Shown here in pieces: positions 1 to 13,650 of a DNA stretch of 64,000 bases. The stretch covers positions 620,001 to 684,000 of the forward strand of contig CBFDEM010000032.1 in the NCBI GenBank assembly GCA_965603825.1. Direction: 5' to 3'. Made by a program: the position numbers and the translations under genes. The stretch comes from Blepharisma stoltei ATCC 30299. Lineage: Eukaryota > Protista > Ciliophora. Below the pieces are notes generated by a model. The model saw only the letters and a program-made list of their open reading frames with translations. It did no database searches and had not been told where the DNA came from. Each line of letters begins with the position of its first letter. Positions within the stretch are counted from its first letter, which is position 1.

Positions 1-631
1 TATTCGATGTCATCTGAGCATGAGAATACGGAGTATAAGTTCTCCCATTTCTCTTCGTGATTTTTAACTTGGGAGAATTCATTTTATAAACGAAAGGAGA
101 TTGTATGCTAAATTCTTCTGCAATTTCATTTGGTTTAGACTTTATCGGAGTTGTTGGCCGGCTTTGATGTATAATTTTTGTGCTTGTATTATCTTCGCTT
201 TGTTTTGATGATGTAAAAGAGGTAATTGGCCTTGCTAGATTAGAAGGCTTTATATTTGAAGAACCTGTAACTTCTGCAGACGTAAATCGTCTATGTTTTA
301 GTTTTGAGCCTGGCAAGGCACTTGAGGTTACAGGTCTAGTAAAATTTAAGAAAAGTCCTGACAAATGAGGAGTATGAGTTTTTCTTTCACTTGTATAAAT
401 TGCTTTTAGTTTATGTCCTCGGATATTTCAGTTGCCGTGTATAAAAGTGGAGATTCCTGTGTCAATTGGTATAATTTTTGTTTGGAAATTATTAACTTCT
501 AATTGGAGCTGTTTATCTTGGGATTTTTTAAGAGGTTTTATATTTTTGTTTTTTAATAGGCGCTTTTTAAGAATTTTTGGACTGGCTGATAAAATCTTCG
601 GATCAAAGGTGGAAAATTTGGAAGCTTTCAT
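1..631 (-). CDS. Uncharacterised low-complexity S/T/P/K-rich protein, 3' end runs off window
   Basis: ORF 428..631 continues in frame through TGA (428-430, read as Trp) and appears to stay open towards position 1. Confidence 0.6.
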
Positions 632-1619
632 TGGAGTAAAATTTAGTTATTTAAGAAATCTCTTTATTTATTAAGGAATATTAATTAATTGAGATTTTCG
701 TATTAGTCAAACAAAGTTAATTTTAAAAGTTTTATGTAAGAATCATTCTTATTAACTTATTCTTGTATATAATATAATCAAATTAATTAAGCACATAAGC
801 TAGTCTTCTTTTTATTTAGCATTTCAAACTTTGCTTTGAATTCTTGTTTTATTTGTCATTTTAATCTTAAATTTTTATTTATAATTGAAAAGAGAAAAGA
901 TAGCAATTAAGAAAGAAATCATTTTTTGATAAAATTATAGTGCTGTAATCTTAGATCATATTCACTAATTTAAACTCTTCATCGAAATTAAAATTTTATT
1001 TTTTTATCTCAAATGACGACATTTATTTTCAGTATTTTTATCATTTTTGCTCAAATAAAGTATGAAGTAATAGAGCATTAGTCACTAATGCTATTAATAA
1101 AAATGTTGGCAATTAGAGTAATTTCACGATATCTATCTCTATGCACAGCAGAGCAAAAAATACTCAATTTATCGAGACAATAAAGTGTTGGATTATTTAT
1201 TTATATCAAAATGCGCACAATATGAGTTTTTATAAAAAAAAATAATTAATTCGCTAAGCAATAAAAATTTTTGTGTAAATAAAATCTCAATAAGCGCTTA
1301 AAGATATAGAATAGGTTTTAGTCTGCTTGTAGACAGAAGGTAATTATTTTATTCTGAACCATAATTTAAACTTTATGAGTTTTCATTATTTAAAAGAAAT
1401 TATATGATATTAAATTCATAAGTTATTCAACTTAAATAATCGGGCAAGAATTAACCCAATACTATTACATCTTCGATTGCCAATTATATATACATTTCAC
1501 ATAAACCATTTTAACTTGCACTTACCAGATACAAAATCCTTTTCTATTTTTGCGATTTTGCATAAAAGCAATAATCATCAAATTAAACGCAAATATTAAT
1601 GAAAATCTATATTCAGGTA

Positions 1620-2351
1620 TTAGTTTTTTACTAATTTTTGTTTTTTCTTTTGCATCGTTCTCGCCTTTACATTAAGGTTTTCAATCACAAGCGGTTTGAT
1701 ATCTCCACTGCTTAAGCATATTACCGCCAATAAAAAAACTTCGTTCGTGTAATGGCTACTTACTTCATTTATGACCATATTTTCAAACTTTACTATTCCC
1801 GGCTCGCTCATTTCTGCTTCTGTTGTCCCGCGAAGGATTTTCTTGCCACGGATATTGCATTTAAGTAGCTTTGGCTCATCGTCTGATGTAAAAAGCAGCA
1901 CCTTGCATCGAGTATGGTTTTTTAAAAATACATTTTCATTGGAAGAATTTCTAAGAGATACTGCCAATGAAAATCCTCTTTCTTTATAGAGTGTCAGAGG
2001 GAGCTCCGATTCCAATTGTAAAGTATACTGGAAATCTCAACGTGATCTTAATAGCTGAAAGACCTCGCTTGAATCGTAAGATTGCTCCACAATAATCTCA
2101 GAGTGTCTTGGATTCGACAAAAACAATGAGAGCTGTTGTACTTCACAATGAACCTTGTTTAAGATAATTTCAGTCTCTAAGTTCTTGTTAATTATCATAT
2201 GCAGCATCGTGTTCTGACTATTGACAATTGAGCATGCACGGTCGATTTCTGAAGACTGCGTGTAGGAAAGCAAGCCTTGGGCAAAACCTGAGTAAAAATA
2301 TAGACACTCCTGATGATTGCAGAGCTCAGGGTTCTGGGTGATTAAGCACAT
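1620..2351 (-). CDS. Protein with possible CBP60/CudA/STAT-type beta-sandwich DNA-binding domain (243 aa)
   Basis: ORFs 2037..2351 and 1620..2015 are in one frame joined by TGA at 2037; C-terminal RGKKILRGT...GIVKFENMVINEVSSH..EVFLL...IKPLVIENLNVKAR plus basic NLS-like tail KKKQK. Confidence 0.55.
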
Positions 2352-3165
2352 ATTTTATTGAACAAGCAATTTCTGTAGGGCAAAAATGAAAAAGAAAAAT
2401 CAAATAGGTCTGGAGTTTTAATACGATAATGGCTGCTCAGTTATAGCGCTTTTGAATATAAAAATAGACAAATAGAGATTGGCTAGGGTGTTTGCAGCAA
2501 TTCTGTCTAATAAGGTGCTATATTTGCTTAAGTAGTTTGAGTTATGCAAGTGCATTTTGTTCGTGGGGCTAACTGTAATTCGAAGTAAATATGCTTACGA
2601 CAAATAAGGGACCTTGATTCTGATATAAGCTTAATTAAAAAACTTAATAGCTTGGAATTCTTTATAATAAAATAGTATAAAGTCCATAATTGTAGAACAT
2701 CAATTTGGCTCGTCTATTTATTATTATTCAACGTGAGGCTTTTTAATATGTGTGGGATTAGATACCTGCAGTTTCTCTAAAATTTTAGCTATATTATTTG
2801 CATTTTTATTGCATTATAAGAATTCAAATTTTATCAAAAAAATTAATCAGTCAAAGGTTTAAAAGCGAATAGTGCAGCATCGAAGATTATATTTCAAAAT
2901 ACTGCTTAGTTGTGATAGTTTGATTTAAATAATATAAAAATATTTTGCATTTTTTATGATAATATTTTTATTTGTTGCGTTCCATTTGAAAAATGCCATT
3001 TTAAATTGCTTTTAAAATGGTTTTATTTAATATAAGATATCATTATATCTCATCAATAATTCTTAATTACTAATCTCCTTTAATTCCATATTTAGAAGGT
3101 TAGATCGAATATTAATCAAAAAATTATTTTATGTATAAATCTTCTAATTTCCTATAACAAACAAT

Positions 3166-6100
3166 ATGGAGCTAGATCAGCGATTTCTAAAGCCAAAGCC
3201 TCTTCTATTACGCTATGACATTCTTCCTTTTCTAGCCTCCCAGCTCTTCCTGATCTGAACCTATTGAGTAATCCCTATCTAGAAACAATATTTCGGGCTC
3301 ATATATTTTTCAATCGCTATTTCTCTGCTTCTTTCCCAGCTTCTTCTTTATCTCTTTACACACTGAAGCAACTACATCCGAGGACTCGTTGCCTTTAGCT
3401 CAACCACTCTTGAAGACTCCACCCACATCTTAATCCAATCAAAAAAGCACAAACACAAGCACCGTCTCTGACAAATTGTCCCATTAAATAGAAATCCTTT
3501 ATCATTTGAATATTTTCACAAAAAATACGTTTTTGATGACTCCATAGGCCAATTTAATAAAGTCCCATATCCTATAGGACTGACTTTTCAAGAATATAAA
3601 GAATCTAAATCCTTAAGCGAAGAGCTTTTAAACAAAGCAGAAACCAAGTGGGGAGGAAACAAAATGGAGCTCCCAATCCCTACATTTTCAGACTTAATGC
3701 TTGAACACATACTGGCTCCTTTCTTTGTGTTCCAATTATTTTGTGTTTTATTGTGGATGCTTGACGAGTATTGGCAGCTTTCGTTTTATACCCTGGTAAT
3801 GCTTGTGGTATTTGAGTCTACTGTGGTAATGCAGAGAATTGCGAACTGGAAAAGAATTAAAGCGATGAGAAGGCCGCCTCAGCCTATTTTAGCATTGAGA
3901 AATAAAGGATGGCGTGAAATCAGCTCTGACTTGCTATACCCTGGGGATATTGTGTCGATTACTAAAAAAGACCAAAGGCTGGTTTTGCCTTGTGACATGC
4001 TTTTGCTTGATGGAAGCTGCTCAGTTGACGAGTCAATTTTGACAGGAGAATCAGTCCCACAGATGAAAGATGATATTTCTCAAAGGCATCCGCAGGACTG
4101 CTTATCTTTAAAACAAGATAAAACTCATTTGCTGATGGGCGGAACTGAAATCTTAGACGTAAAGCTAGGAAAAGACTCTCAAGGGATGAGATGCTACGTG
4201 CTTAGGACCAGCTGGGATACAACCCAAGGGAAATTAATGAGAACCATTTTATATTCATCAGATAGACTGACTGTAGGAAGTAAAGAAGCATTTTTCTTTA
4301 TCTCAATTTTATTGGTTTTTGCATTGATGGCTACAGGTTATGTAGTTTACTATACAATGGATGACCCAAAAAGAGACCCTTATAAGCTCCTCTTAAAATG
4401 CATTTTAATTATCACTTCTGTAGTCCCACCTGAGCTGCCTATAGAGCTTGCTTTAGCTGTGAATTCTTCAATCCTTTCTCTCCAAACCAAACAAATATTT
4501 TGCACTGAGCCTTTTAGGCTTCCTCTTGCTGGAAAAGCATCAATTTGTTGCTTTGATAAAACAGGGACATTGACTGACCAAGATTTTGAAGTAAAAGGAA
4601 TTAGCATAAGCTCAGGAAATCTTTCAGAGTCGAAATCCTTAAGACAGCTAGATTCCTCAAGAGAAGCTTCTTTAGTAATCGCTGGGTGCAATACTTTATC
4701 TTTTGTAAATGGAGACTTTATTGGTGACCCAGTCGAAAAAGCAGCCTTTAAAGCGATAGGAGCTCAGCTGACTGAGAATGGCATAAACTTCAAAGGACTG
4801 CCTATAACAATTTTAAAGAGATTTGGCTTTACTTCAGACTTAAAAAGAATGAGCACCGTCATAAGGCTTTCAGGAAATGGACCTGTAAAACCTTTGTTAT
4901 TAGTCACAAAAGGTGCTCCTGAAGTACTGCAAAATCTTTTTCAAGAGGTGCCAGTTTTTTATAAAAATTTACTGGAGCATTTTGCATCACAAGGGCTTAG
5001 AATTTTGGCTTTGGGGATCAGGGAGTTAACTAATGAAGAAGCAATGAAGCTTTCTGATATTGGAAGAGATGAACTAGAAAATAAGCTGCAATATTGTGGA
5101 CTTTTAGTACTGAAAAGTCCTATAAAACCGGATACAGCTGCAGTTATTGAAGAAATTTTGGCATCTGGGCATAAGTCTGTAATAATTACTGGGGATAATA
5201 TTTTTACAGCTGGAGAAGTAGCGTTAACACTGAATTATGGCCAAGAACTGAGGTTTATTGAGATTAAAAGTAATGAAATTGCGGTTGTTGACAACTTAGG
5301 AAACCCAGGAGAAGTTTCAGAGAAGAGCGTGCTATGTGTCAATGGAGACGCTTTGCCTATGATAATTGGCTCAGACATCTTTTATAAGGTAAAAGTCTTT
5401 GCTCGAGTTTCTCCAGCACAGAAAGAACAAATCGTGAATGAATTTAACAGAAAGCACGTAACCATTATGTGTGGAGATGGCACCAATGATGTCGGAGGGC
5501 TTAAAAAAGCTCATGCTGGCATTGCTTTATTAAACAAGCCTGTAGCTGTAACAAAGCCTAACACCCCATCATTGACTTCTGAAATGCTCGAACTCGGCGA
5601 TGCCTCAATGGCTGCACATTTTACCTCAAAAAAGTCCACAATTCTTGCAGTAAAGCATTTAATCCAGCAAGGAAGATGCACATTGGTAACCACCTACCAA
5701 ATGTATAAAATCCTAGCCTTAAACTGTCTGATGTCTGCATTCAGCTTGAGCGTCCTCTATTTAGATGGTATTAAATATGGGGACACACAGGCCACAATAG
5801 GAGCTATCTGTATCTCGGTCTTCTTTTTCTTTGTATCAAGATCTACACCTATGGACAAATTAAGCCATCATCATCCTCCATCAACAGTTTTTGAGCCTCA
5901 TATCATTATTTCAGTTTTTGGGCAGTTTGCAGTGCAGCTGATTGGGCTGTTATATGTAAATTATATAACAAAGCCTTTTGTACTTAAAGATGATGATTTT
6001 AACCCAGATTCGGATTTCAAGCCAAATATTTTAAGCTCGGCGATATTTTTATATACTTCTTGGATTAATGCAGCGAATTTCTTAGTTAATTATCAAGGAG

Positions 6101-6333
6101 AGCCGTTTATGAAGAAGCTGCAGGAGAATGCGGGGCTGTTTAAAAGCTTGAAAGTGTATTTTGTGGTGATTTTGGCGGCGGCTTTGCAAGTTGATCCATT
6201 GCCTGAGATATTGGAGCTGTTTCCGTTTCCAAGCATTGAGTACTCGTTTCAGCTGGCTGGGGTCCTGGTAGTAAATCTTGGGCTGTGTTTGGGAATAGAA
6301 AAAACTTGCAATTATTTCAGATATCGTGATTAA
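3166..6333 (+). CDS. ATP13A1: P5A-type ATPase (Spf1/ATP13A1 family)
   Basis: PPELP (P5A TM4), DKTGT phosphorylation site, TGES, KGAPE, TGDN, GDGTND. ATG 3166 is in frame with ORF 3664 via TGA=Trp (3256, 3265, 3364, 3469) and one 15-nt intron. Confidence 0.95.
3268..3282 (+). other. 15-nt spliceosomal intron GTAATCCCTATCTAG
   Basis: Removes an in-frame TAG from the P5A ATPase N-terminus; A at -6. Confidence 0.9.
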
Positions 6334-6724
6334 ATAACTGGATAATACACATATTTATTATTGACTAAAAGATAACAAGATATATAAGGCAGTTTTTTTC
6401 ATGAAAATTAATTAGCTTTAATAAAAGAGGCTTTGGATTATTTGCAGATTTGAAAACAAGGCTAAAAGCTTTAGCTTAAGGTGAGTAATATTTTCATATA
6501 TTAAAAATTTAATTTAATAAGTGAATTTTGAGATTTATATGAAGTAAAAATATGGCCTCGGTATTGCCTTCCGAATAATCATAATTGAAATATATTTATC
6601 AATTCAATATCATCTTCAATAAAAAACTTAATAATATTTAAAAAACTAATGAGAAATTTATCCTTTTCTAATACAATTCTTTTCCATTTTTTCAACTCAA
6701 GCTCAATCATGAAAATATTAAACT

Positions 6725-8689
6725 ATGAATATAAGCCAAACCACAATATACCGATATTTCAGCGTTTGAATTTTCATTTTCAACTTTGACTTATTTTCTC
6801 ACGCAAAAGCAATTATTCTCTTATCTCTCGCCTATTTCAACATCAAATTTGCAGAAAACCTGATAACCTACTCCCTCATCTACTTCACAACCCCAAACCC
6901 ATCAATTTTCGAAATTGGGCTCATTCTTTCTACTTTTCTGTTCCCACTCGAAGAAATTGAGCCTAAAGCCCTTACATTTAAGCTGATTTTATGGTTCCTT
7001 CTCAAGACTACTTGTAATAGAAACATTATCGAGCTATCGATTCTTATCATTATAGTATCAGTTTACTCTCTATATCAAAATTCCAGTCATCATGCCAAAT
7101 CTGAGCTGCACACAAAATTAGAAGAGCTGCAAGTGGAGCTTGCAGCTTCAAAAGAACGCGAACAAAACAAGCCAAACCTGTCAATGAGGGTCAGAAGAAT
7201 CATAAAGAAATTAAAGTTGATGCAAGAAACCAATGGGACGAAATCAGTTTCAAGCCAAGATTCTGTAGAATACACACAGGAGCGGAAAGACACAGATCCT
7301 GACATAAAGTTTTTAAGTCATGACAGGATTAATAACACTGAAGGAAATGAGCCTCTTGATACCAGATTTTGGCTGTCTTCTGAAGAAATAAAAGATATTA
7401 TCTATAACTTGGTGACAACAGAGACTGCATTATGGCCACAGTCAAGACCAAAAGAAGAGCCAGATGTAGCCAATGTAAGTTTAGAAGCCAAAAGAAGGTA
7501 TACACAAGCTGTTGCTTATACTGGGCAAAACTCTGAAGCAATTTTTAAAGCTCAAAGGGCAAGCATAAAGCCACCCAGTTTAGGGTCCACCAGGGTGAGC
7601 TTTGGAGTGATGAGAAGCACTGTAGAAGAAAATGAAGACCTAGGCGGCCATTTAGAGAAAATAGGGATGTGGGACTTTGATACATTAGGATTATTAGAAT
7701 TAACAGATAAGCCAGCCTTTGAAGTAGGGTTTTATGTCTTTGAGACGCTAGGGCTGACTGAAGAGTTCCATATAGATTCTCATAAGTTATTGAGTTTTTT
7801 AACGGACGTAGAGCGGTCTTATAATGCGACAAATTATTATCACAATGCGCTACATTCTGCTGATGTCACCGCTTCAACTGTATTTTTGATTAGAGAAGGA
7901 GTTGGAAGATGCGGCAATTTGCTGTCTATTGATGTTTTTTCACTAATTGTGGCAGCTTTATGCCACGATATTGGACATCCTGGGTTTAATAATGCATTTT
8001 TGGTAGCAAAAGACGATAAATTAGCTTTAAAGTACAATGATCAAAGTGTTTTGGAAAACATGCACAGCTGCTCTACATTTAAAATATTAAGAAGTGATGA
8101 CTGCAATATTATAGATAGACTTTCAAGAGCTGACTATTTGAGGTTTAGAAAAGTTGTGATAATGTCAATTCTCGCTACTGATTTACAGAGACATTATGAT
8201 GTTCTCAATGAATTCAAAACCAGTGTAAAAGCTCACACAAAATATGAAGACGAAAAATTTAGGATTTTGGCTTTACAGGCAACACTTAAATGTGCAGATA
8301 TTGGGCATGGCTCGAAAAAGCTTGACTTACACAAAATTTGGTCAGGACTTATTACTAAAGAGTTTTTCAGACAAGGAGATACAGAAAGACAAAAAGGAAT
8401 GACGGTAACTCCTTTATGTGACCGAAACAATATCGTGGTTTCTAGATCTCAAATGGGATTTTTGAATTTCTTAGCAAAACCTTTATTTGAATGCTATGAA
8501 GAATTCGTGGTGAGCAATAATGAAGAGCAAGACAAAGACGACTTAGAAATCAAAATATGCACAAAAAATATATTCAATAACCTAGCTTATTGGGAAGAAG
8601 AAGCCCAGCGATACGACGAAGGGAGACCTGAATATCTTTTAGACGACTCTCCTCCTCCACTATTGAAGAAAAAACTGCAAAACGCCTAG
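6725..8689 (+). CDS. Class I 3',5'-cyclic nucleotide phosphodiesterase with hydrophobic (multi-TM) N-terminus
   Basis: YHNALHSADV, HDIGHPG, ENMH, LATDL, KCADIGH, EFFRQGD, SQMGF. Frame extends upstream to ATG 6725 through TGA 6767, with an in-frame TAA just upstream at 6719. Confidence 0.92.
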
Positions 8690-8719
8690 CTTTAATACCT
8701 AATAATTATTTATAAAATA

Positions 8720-9193
8720 ATGTTGCCAGCTATAAAAGAAGATGAAAGCGCAATAATATCAAATTTCAGCCCCAAAAAAAAGCCACTTAAAGGATTCGAT
8801 AGCAGTAATTCCTATTAAGTCTATTTAAAAAGTAAAGCAAAAGAGCTATTAAAACGAGAAAAAATCAAAATTCCTTTATCATTGCTTAACTATCGCAAAA
8901 AGAAATTTTCAAGTGAATCTTCCCCACAGCCAAAAGAATTTCCAAGCATAAACTCTACATTACACAAGCTACGAAATTCATGTTCAGATTCTCCTTCAAT
9001 GCTTCTTCATTCTGTTTTACATGACTCTGGCTTTAATTCAGTTGAAGACGCTCCAAACACTTTTATATCCAAAACCCCTGATGTCCATCGCCGATCAATT
9101 TTCTCAAAAAACTCATCACCGCGGCTTAAATGCCATTTCCGGTCAAATACTCCAATTAACCCAAAATTATACTTGGTAAAAAGAATTTTTTAA
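8720..9193 (+). CDS. Small basic, S/P-rich uncharacterised protein
   Basis: ATG 8720 is in frame with ORF 8882..9193 after removing the 15-nt intron 8805-8819. Confidence 0.7.
8805..8819 (+). other. 15-nt intron GTAATTCCTATTAAG
   Basis: Removes an in-frame TAA; A at -6. Confidence 0.85.
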
Positions 9194-9203
9194 GTATAAA
9201 TAA

Positions 9204-11252
9204 ATGGAATATTTAGACTATCTAAAACCTTTATCATCAAGTGATCCTTTTTTACAAATCACAGGGATAACCCGTATCGCAAGTGCTGTAAAATCTCAGC
9301 CTTCACCTATATTTGTCAACACTGTCGCTATGAACATGGCAGTAGAATTCACAAAATCTTCTAACTACGTAAGGCATTTTATCTGTCAATTCTTTCAGCA
9401 GTGCAGCACTGAGATGTGTATGATAAAGACCAAGGTCGATTTCTTCCGCCAACTGACCTCAATTTTGGACCAAAACGACCCTGTTGCGCAATGCCATATG
9501 TTAAAAATTTTAGGATCTTTAGCGCCACTTCTTACAGATCTTTTAGAAGTCCATCACAAAATTCTCTTAGCGTTAGAAAGCCCACATAGACAAGTCAGAG
9601 AAACAGCCAGCAGCATTTTGCCTAGACTTATTTCCTTTGCTCCAAGCATTGCTAGACATGTGTTTGATAAACAAATTTCAAGGCACTGTGTGAGGAAGCT
9701 GCTGCAAGTGTTACCAGATGATGAAGAGACTATTAAAAAAGCATATGCTTTTATAGTGCAAAGGTTTCAGAAGACTGAAATGATGGAACATATGTCATTT
9801 TTAGCACTGAGGAGCCAGAGATTGGTCAAACACGTCAAAGAAATTTTGATTAAATATAATGAAATCAATTTGTTGAAAGAACTTTGTAAGCATTATGGGA
9901 GTAATGAAGTTCTTGGAGATGAAGATATAACGAGATTGAGGTCTAGAGGGGTCATTTTTAAAGAAGGAAGTGAAACACAAAGCATAAGTGAAGAAAATGG
10001 TATTGAAAATATGCTGAAAAAAGAAAATTTGAAAGAAAATGAGTATAAAGAAATTTATAAAAATTGAGATAAAAACTGTGATTTTGAGTGAATTGCGAAT
10101 AGGCTTGAAAAATTGATTAACGAGAAGTCAAAAGAAGTAGATTTTTGTTGTAAATTGGCAAAATTGCTGAGGCTGCCTCAAATTTATATAGAAAACTTAT
10201 TGAAATTAGAAGCAGCTGACCCTAAAGCTACATTAGAGTTTGCCTATATGATTATCAGAGTTGGCTGGCTTGACCCTTTGAATGAGATTATACACAAATT
10301 AGATACCTGGCAGCAGTATTTAGTAGCCTGTGAGCTGATGACAGAAGGTCTGCATTCTAAAGCACTAGAACTTTTTGTCAAGCTTAAAACAGAATTTAAA
10401 GGCTCTAATGAAAAAATCTATGAGTGGCTCTGCACACTAAAAATTATTTCTGAGTACGAGTCTCGCAGAGATAGAGTTGTCGATGGTTTTGCTGCACTTT
10501 CCCATTTAGGCTGCCTAGACTTAGGACACAAAATCTATTTTCAATCAGAATTTTTACTATGCCGTCTTCTATTAGTCCAGTATCTTAAATCCTTACAATC
10601 AAGCTTAGATATTTCTACAATAATTCCTGAATTTGTGAATATTAGAAGCAGGCTAAACAACCTACTGTTTTTATTCTTCAAATTGCCAAAAAGCACTACA
10701 CAATGCATTAAAAAATGGAGGGATATTGTAGGGATGCTTTATTTAATCCTAAATTCTATAAAAGAAGGAAAAGATTTTCAGTTTCGGCTGAAAAGGTATT
10801 ACCCGAAATCACACTTTTTGCTTGAAAGTATAGGGAATTCTGCAGAAGAGGTCGTGAATTTTGTATTAAATATCCCAATGAATTATCCGAAACAGTTCTT
10901 CCAGTTTAATAACCCAATCAGTATTTCTCTTGATGTGAATCAAGACGGAATGATCAAAATAAACCGAGGAAAAGAGTTTCTTATAGAAGCTTCTGCAAAA
11001 GTGACTGAGCTTTCCCACAAACCCCCACTTTTACAGTTCAACGTAAACGGTTCTCAAATAGAAAAAGACCCAGAATTCAGTTTTTCTTACACAAAAAAAG
11101 CGACAGCTGCTGGCGTCTGCAATATCACAATTCCAATTGTCCCTACAAATATAGGAATTTATATCGTGAAAATCCATGCCACAATTTTAGACTCAAAATT
11201 AAGACATATAGGGAAAAGCGAATACGGAGAAATAATTTTAGAATGCATTTAA
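9204..11252 (+). CDS. INTS7: Integrator complex subunit 7-like (HEAT N-terminus, C-terminal Ig-like domain), 682 aa
   Basis: Two ORFs fuse through TGAs at 10065 and 10089. QPSPIFVNT, NDPVAQCHMLKILGSLA, EVHHKILLALES and YPKQFFQ resemble INTS7 YPFPILINS, NDPVARAITLRMLGSLA, AHHSIRQSLDS and PRYFFQ. Confidence 0.75.
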
Positions 11253-11259
11253 ATAAAAA

Positions 11260-11958
11260 TTACCTCAGAGTTATAATATGCTCTATCCCTGTACACAACT
11301 CGACTAGTTTTTTCTTGTGGATGCTGATGTGAAATGCTTCACCATCAAGCAGAAATGGGAACTCCCCATCTGTGTATGTAAGGATCTCTTCGATTTTTTT
11401 TACTAGTGGCCTATAAGAGCCATCCGCAGCTTGCCATCAGAACCTTTCTGATGCTGAGCTTTCTCGGGCTAGTTTATATGAGTCATTGCTTTCTGGCAGC
11501 CATAGGCTATTTTCCAAAAATTTTATTTTTGCTTCTTTTTGGTTTAATATAATTTTGCATGAATTTTGGCCTGTAATAAAGGCTTTTTCTATTGTTTTAT
11601 TGCTGTTTTCGTCAAATTCAATTCTGTTTTTATTTAATAGGTAGTTTCATTTTCCTTGAATTGCCTCAGAAGATGTAAAAAAAACTGTAATATTTGTGAT
11701 GTCAATATTACTTAAATATGCTGGCAGGACAGGCTTGCTTATGTTTTCAACTTCAAAAATAATATCGGGGTTCTCATCGAGAGATCGCCGACGATTATGA
11801 GCTGATTTTAAATTTTTGACACCGAGTCCAAATTTCGGCAGTTCTGTTGTGCTTCTCTTTATTTTGTACCTTGGCTGGCTTGTATTTTGATTATTAGATT
11901 CCGTCCTTTTACTAAGGGTAATACATTGAGGTATTTTTTTGCTAGATGTGCTCCCCAT
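11260..11958 (-). CDS. Putative N-myristoylated protein with divergent tandem WWE-like domains
   Basis: Starts MGSTSS; frame continues via TGA 11647 into GKWNYLLNKNRIEFDENSNKTIEKAF... and RFWWQAADG...; ends TAA at 11260. Confidence 0.6.
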
Positions 11959-11982
11959 ATTTATCTATTATCTTAAAAAATC

Positions 11983-13623
11983 TTAATCTTCTTCCAAAGA
12001 GTCCTGCAAGCTGTCTTTATCTTCTTGCGATTCTTCTGCATTTTCATCAATTTGTTTATCGTTTTCTTCAGGCTCTTTGACGTTTTTCATATAAAAATCT
12101 CTTAATTTTACAAGTGATTCCTGATGCCTTTTTTTTCTTTGGGAAATTTCTTCAATTCTTTCTTTAGTCAATCCTCTAAGCTGTCCTTGATTATTTAAAG
12201 CTACCATTTCTGCAAAAGAGTGATCTAATGTAATTAGCAAACTTTCAGCCTTTTTTACAGCATCTTCCAGCTTATCTGTCCTATCAATTAGCATTTTTTC
12301 TCTTTTTGTCTGCAAATCTAACAAATTTTTAATTGATGAAATTTCAGCAGTTTTCTGCTTATCTCTGGCTTCTAAAATTGCAATTTTTTCTGTTAGGACT
12401 TTGACTTGTTTTGCTGACTCTCTTGACTCCTGTTCAATTTGATCAGATAATACTTGTTTTTCGTTCTCTAAAATCACTATTTTATCTCTATTCATAGACA
12501 GCTGGGTTTGCAATTCATTGATTTTTTTCATTTGTTCATGAATTGTATTCTCAACTTTGCTTTGAGGAATTTTTTCTCCTTGTTGGGACACAGAAACCTG
12601 TCAAGCTTGCCCAGGGCCTACTTCTGTTTTTTCAAGTGAATACACTTCAATAGGACAATAGCTCAGCTCAAGGCCGCCTAATAGTAATAACTGTGATTTA
12701 TCTTCAGAACTCTGCCCCCAGCACATAGCATGCCCATATCTTCTGCTTGGGCAGTATCCTCCCATAATGGGAACGCTCCAATGCATTTGTTCTAAATCTA
12801 GTATATAAAAATCATTCAAAATGTTCAGTCTTTCTGCTCTCCCTTCTCTTAAGGACTCTACCCCTCCAAAAATTGCTATACAGTTGTTATCTAAAATTGC
12901 AGTCGCATGAAACGCTCTTGGGCTTGGTCCTTTGCCTCTAGGTTGTGCCCGATGCCACCTCATGTCGCTTACATTTAAAATATATAGATCTGAGGAGTAT
13001 TTCTGGATACTAACTCCGCCAAATAAAATCAATGTGTCTTGGTAGCTGCACAATGTGTGACCTTTTCGAGGGCCAGGGCTTGATCCTTTAGTTTTATGCC
13101 TAACCCAGCCTGGTGCTGGGACTTCAGTCCCACTTGCACTTCAGTCAATGTCGAAAAATACAAAACTTCATAAGTCGTCTAATAACAAATTTTCAGGAGC
13201 ACTGCACCCTCCGTATAAAAAGACGGTGTCTCTTAGCTTACAAGCGGCATGATGAGCTCTTCCGCTTGGTTGGTCTATGATATAAAGCTTTTTCCAAATC
13301 CACTGATCTAAATCTAAAGCATAAATATCACTTAAAGAGTCTCTTTTTTCGCCTTGGCCACCATGGACAAACATAACGTTGTGAACGTCATCAATTCAGG
13401 CGACATGGTAACCACGGCCTTTTGGGCCATTTCCTTCAGCTTCGATTGATTCCCATTGTCCGGTAACTGGATCATAAATAAAAACTTCGCTTGATCTTCG
13501 GTCGCCTGTGCCTCCAAAGAGGATTCATTTTCTAAGTCTGGCTGTATAGAGTAGGGATAAGCCTTCGCGAGGGCTTGGGACTGTGCCTTGAGATTTTAGT
13601 TTATGCCAAAATAAAGAATTCAT
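11983..13623 (-). CDS. Kelch-repeat beta-propeller protein with C-terminal coiled coil (546 aa)
   Basis: Three ORF fragments in one frame joined by TGA; repeated PSxR.xH...FGG...D.Y.LD....W kelch motifs; ATG at 13623. Confidence 0.88.
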
Positions 13624-13650
13624 ATATTAAATGTTAAATTTTAGGAAAAG

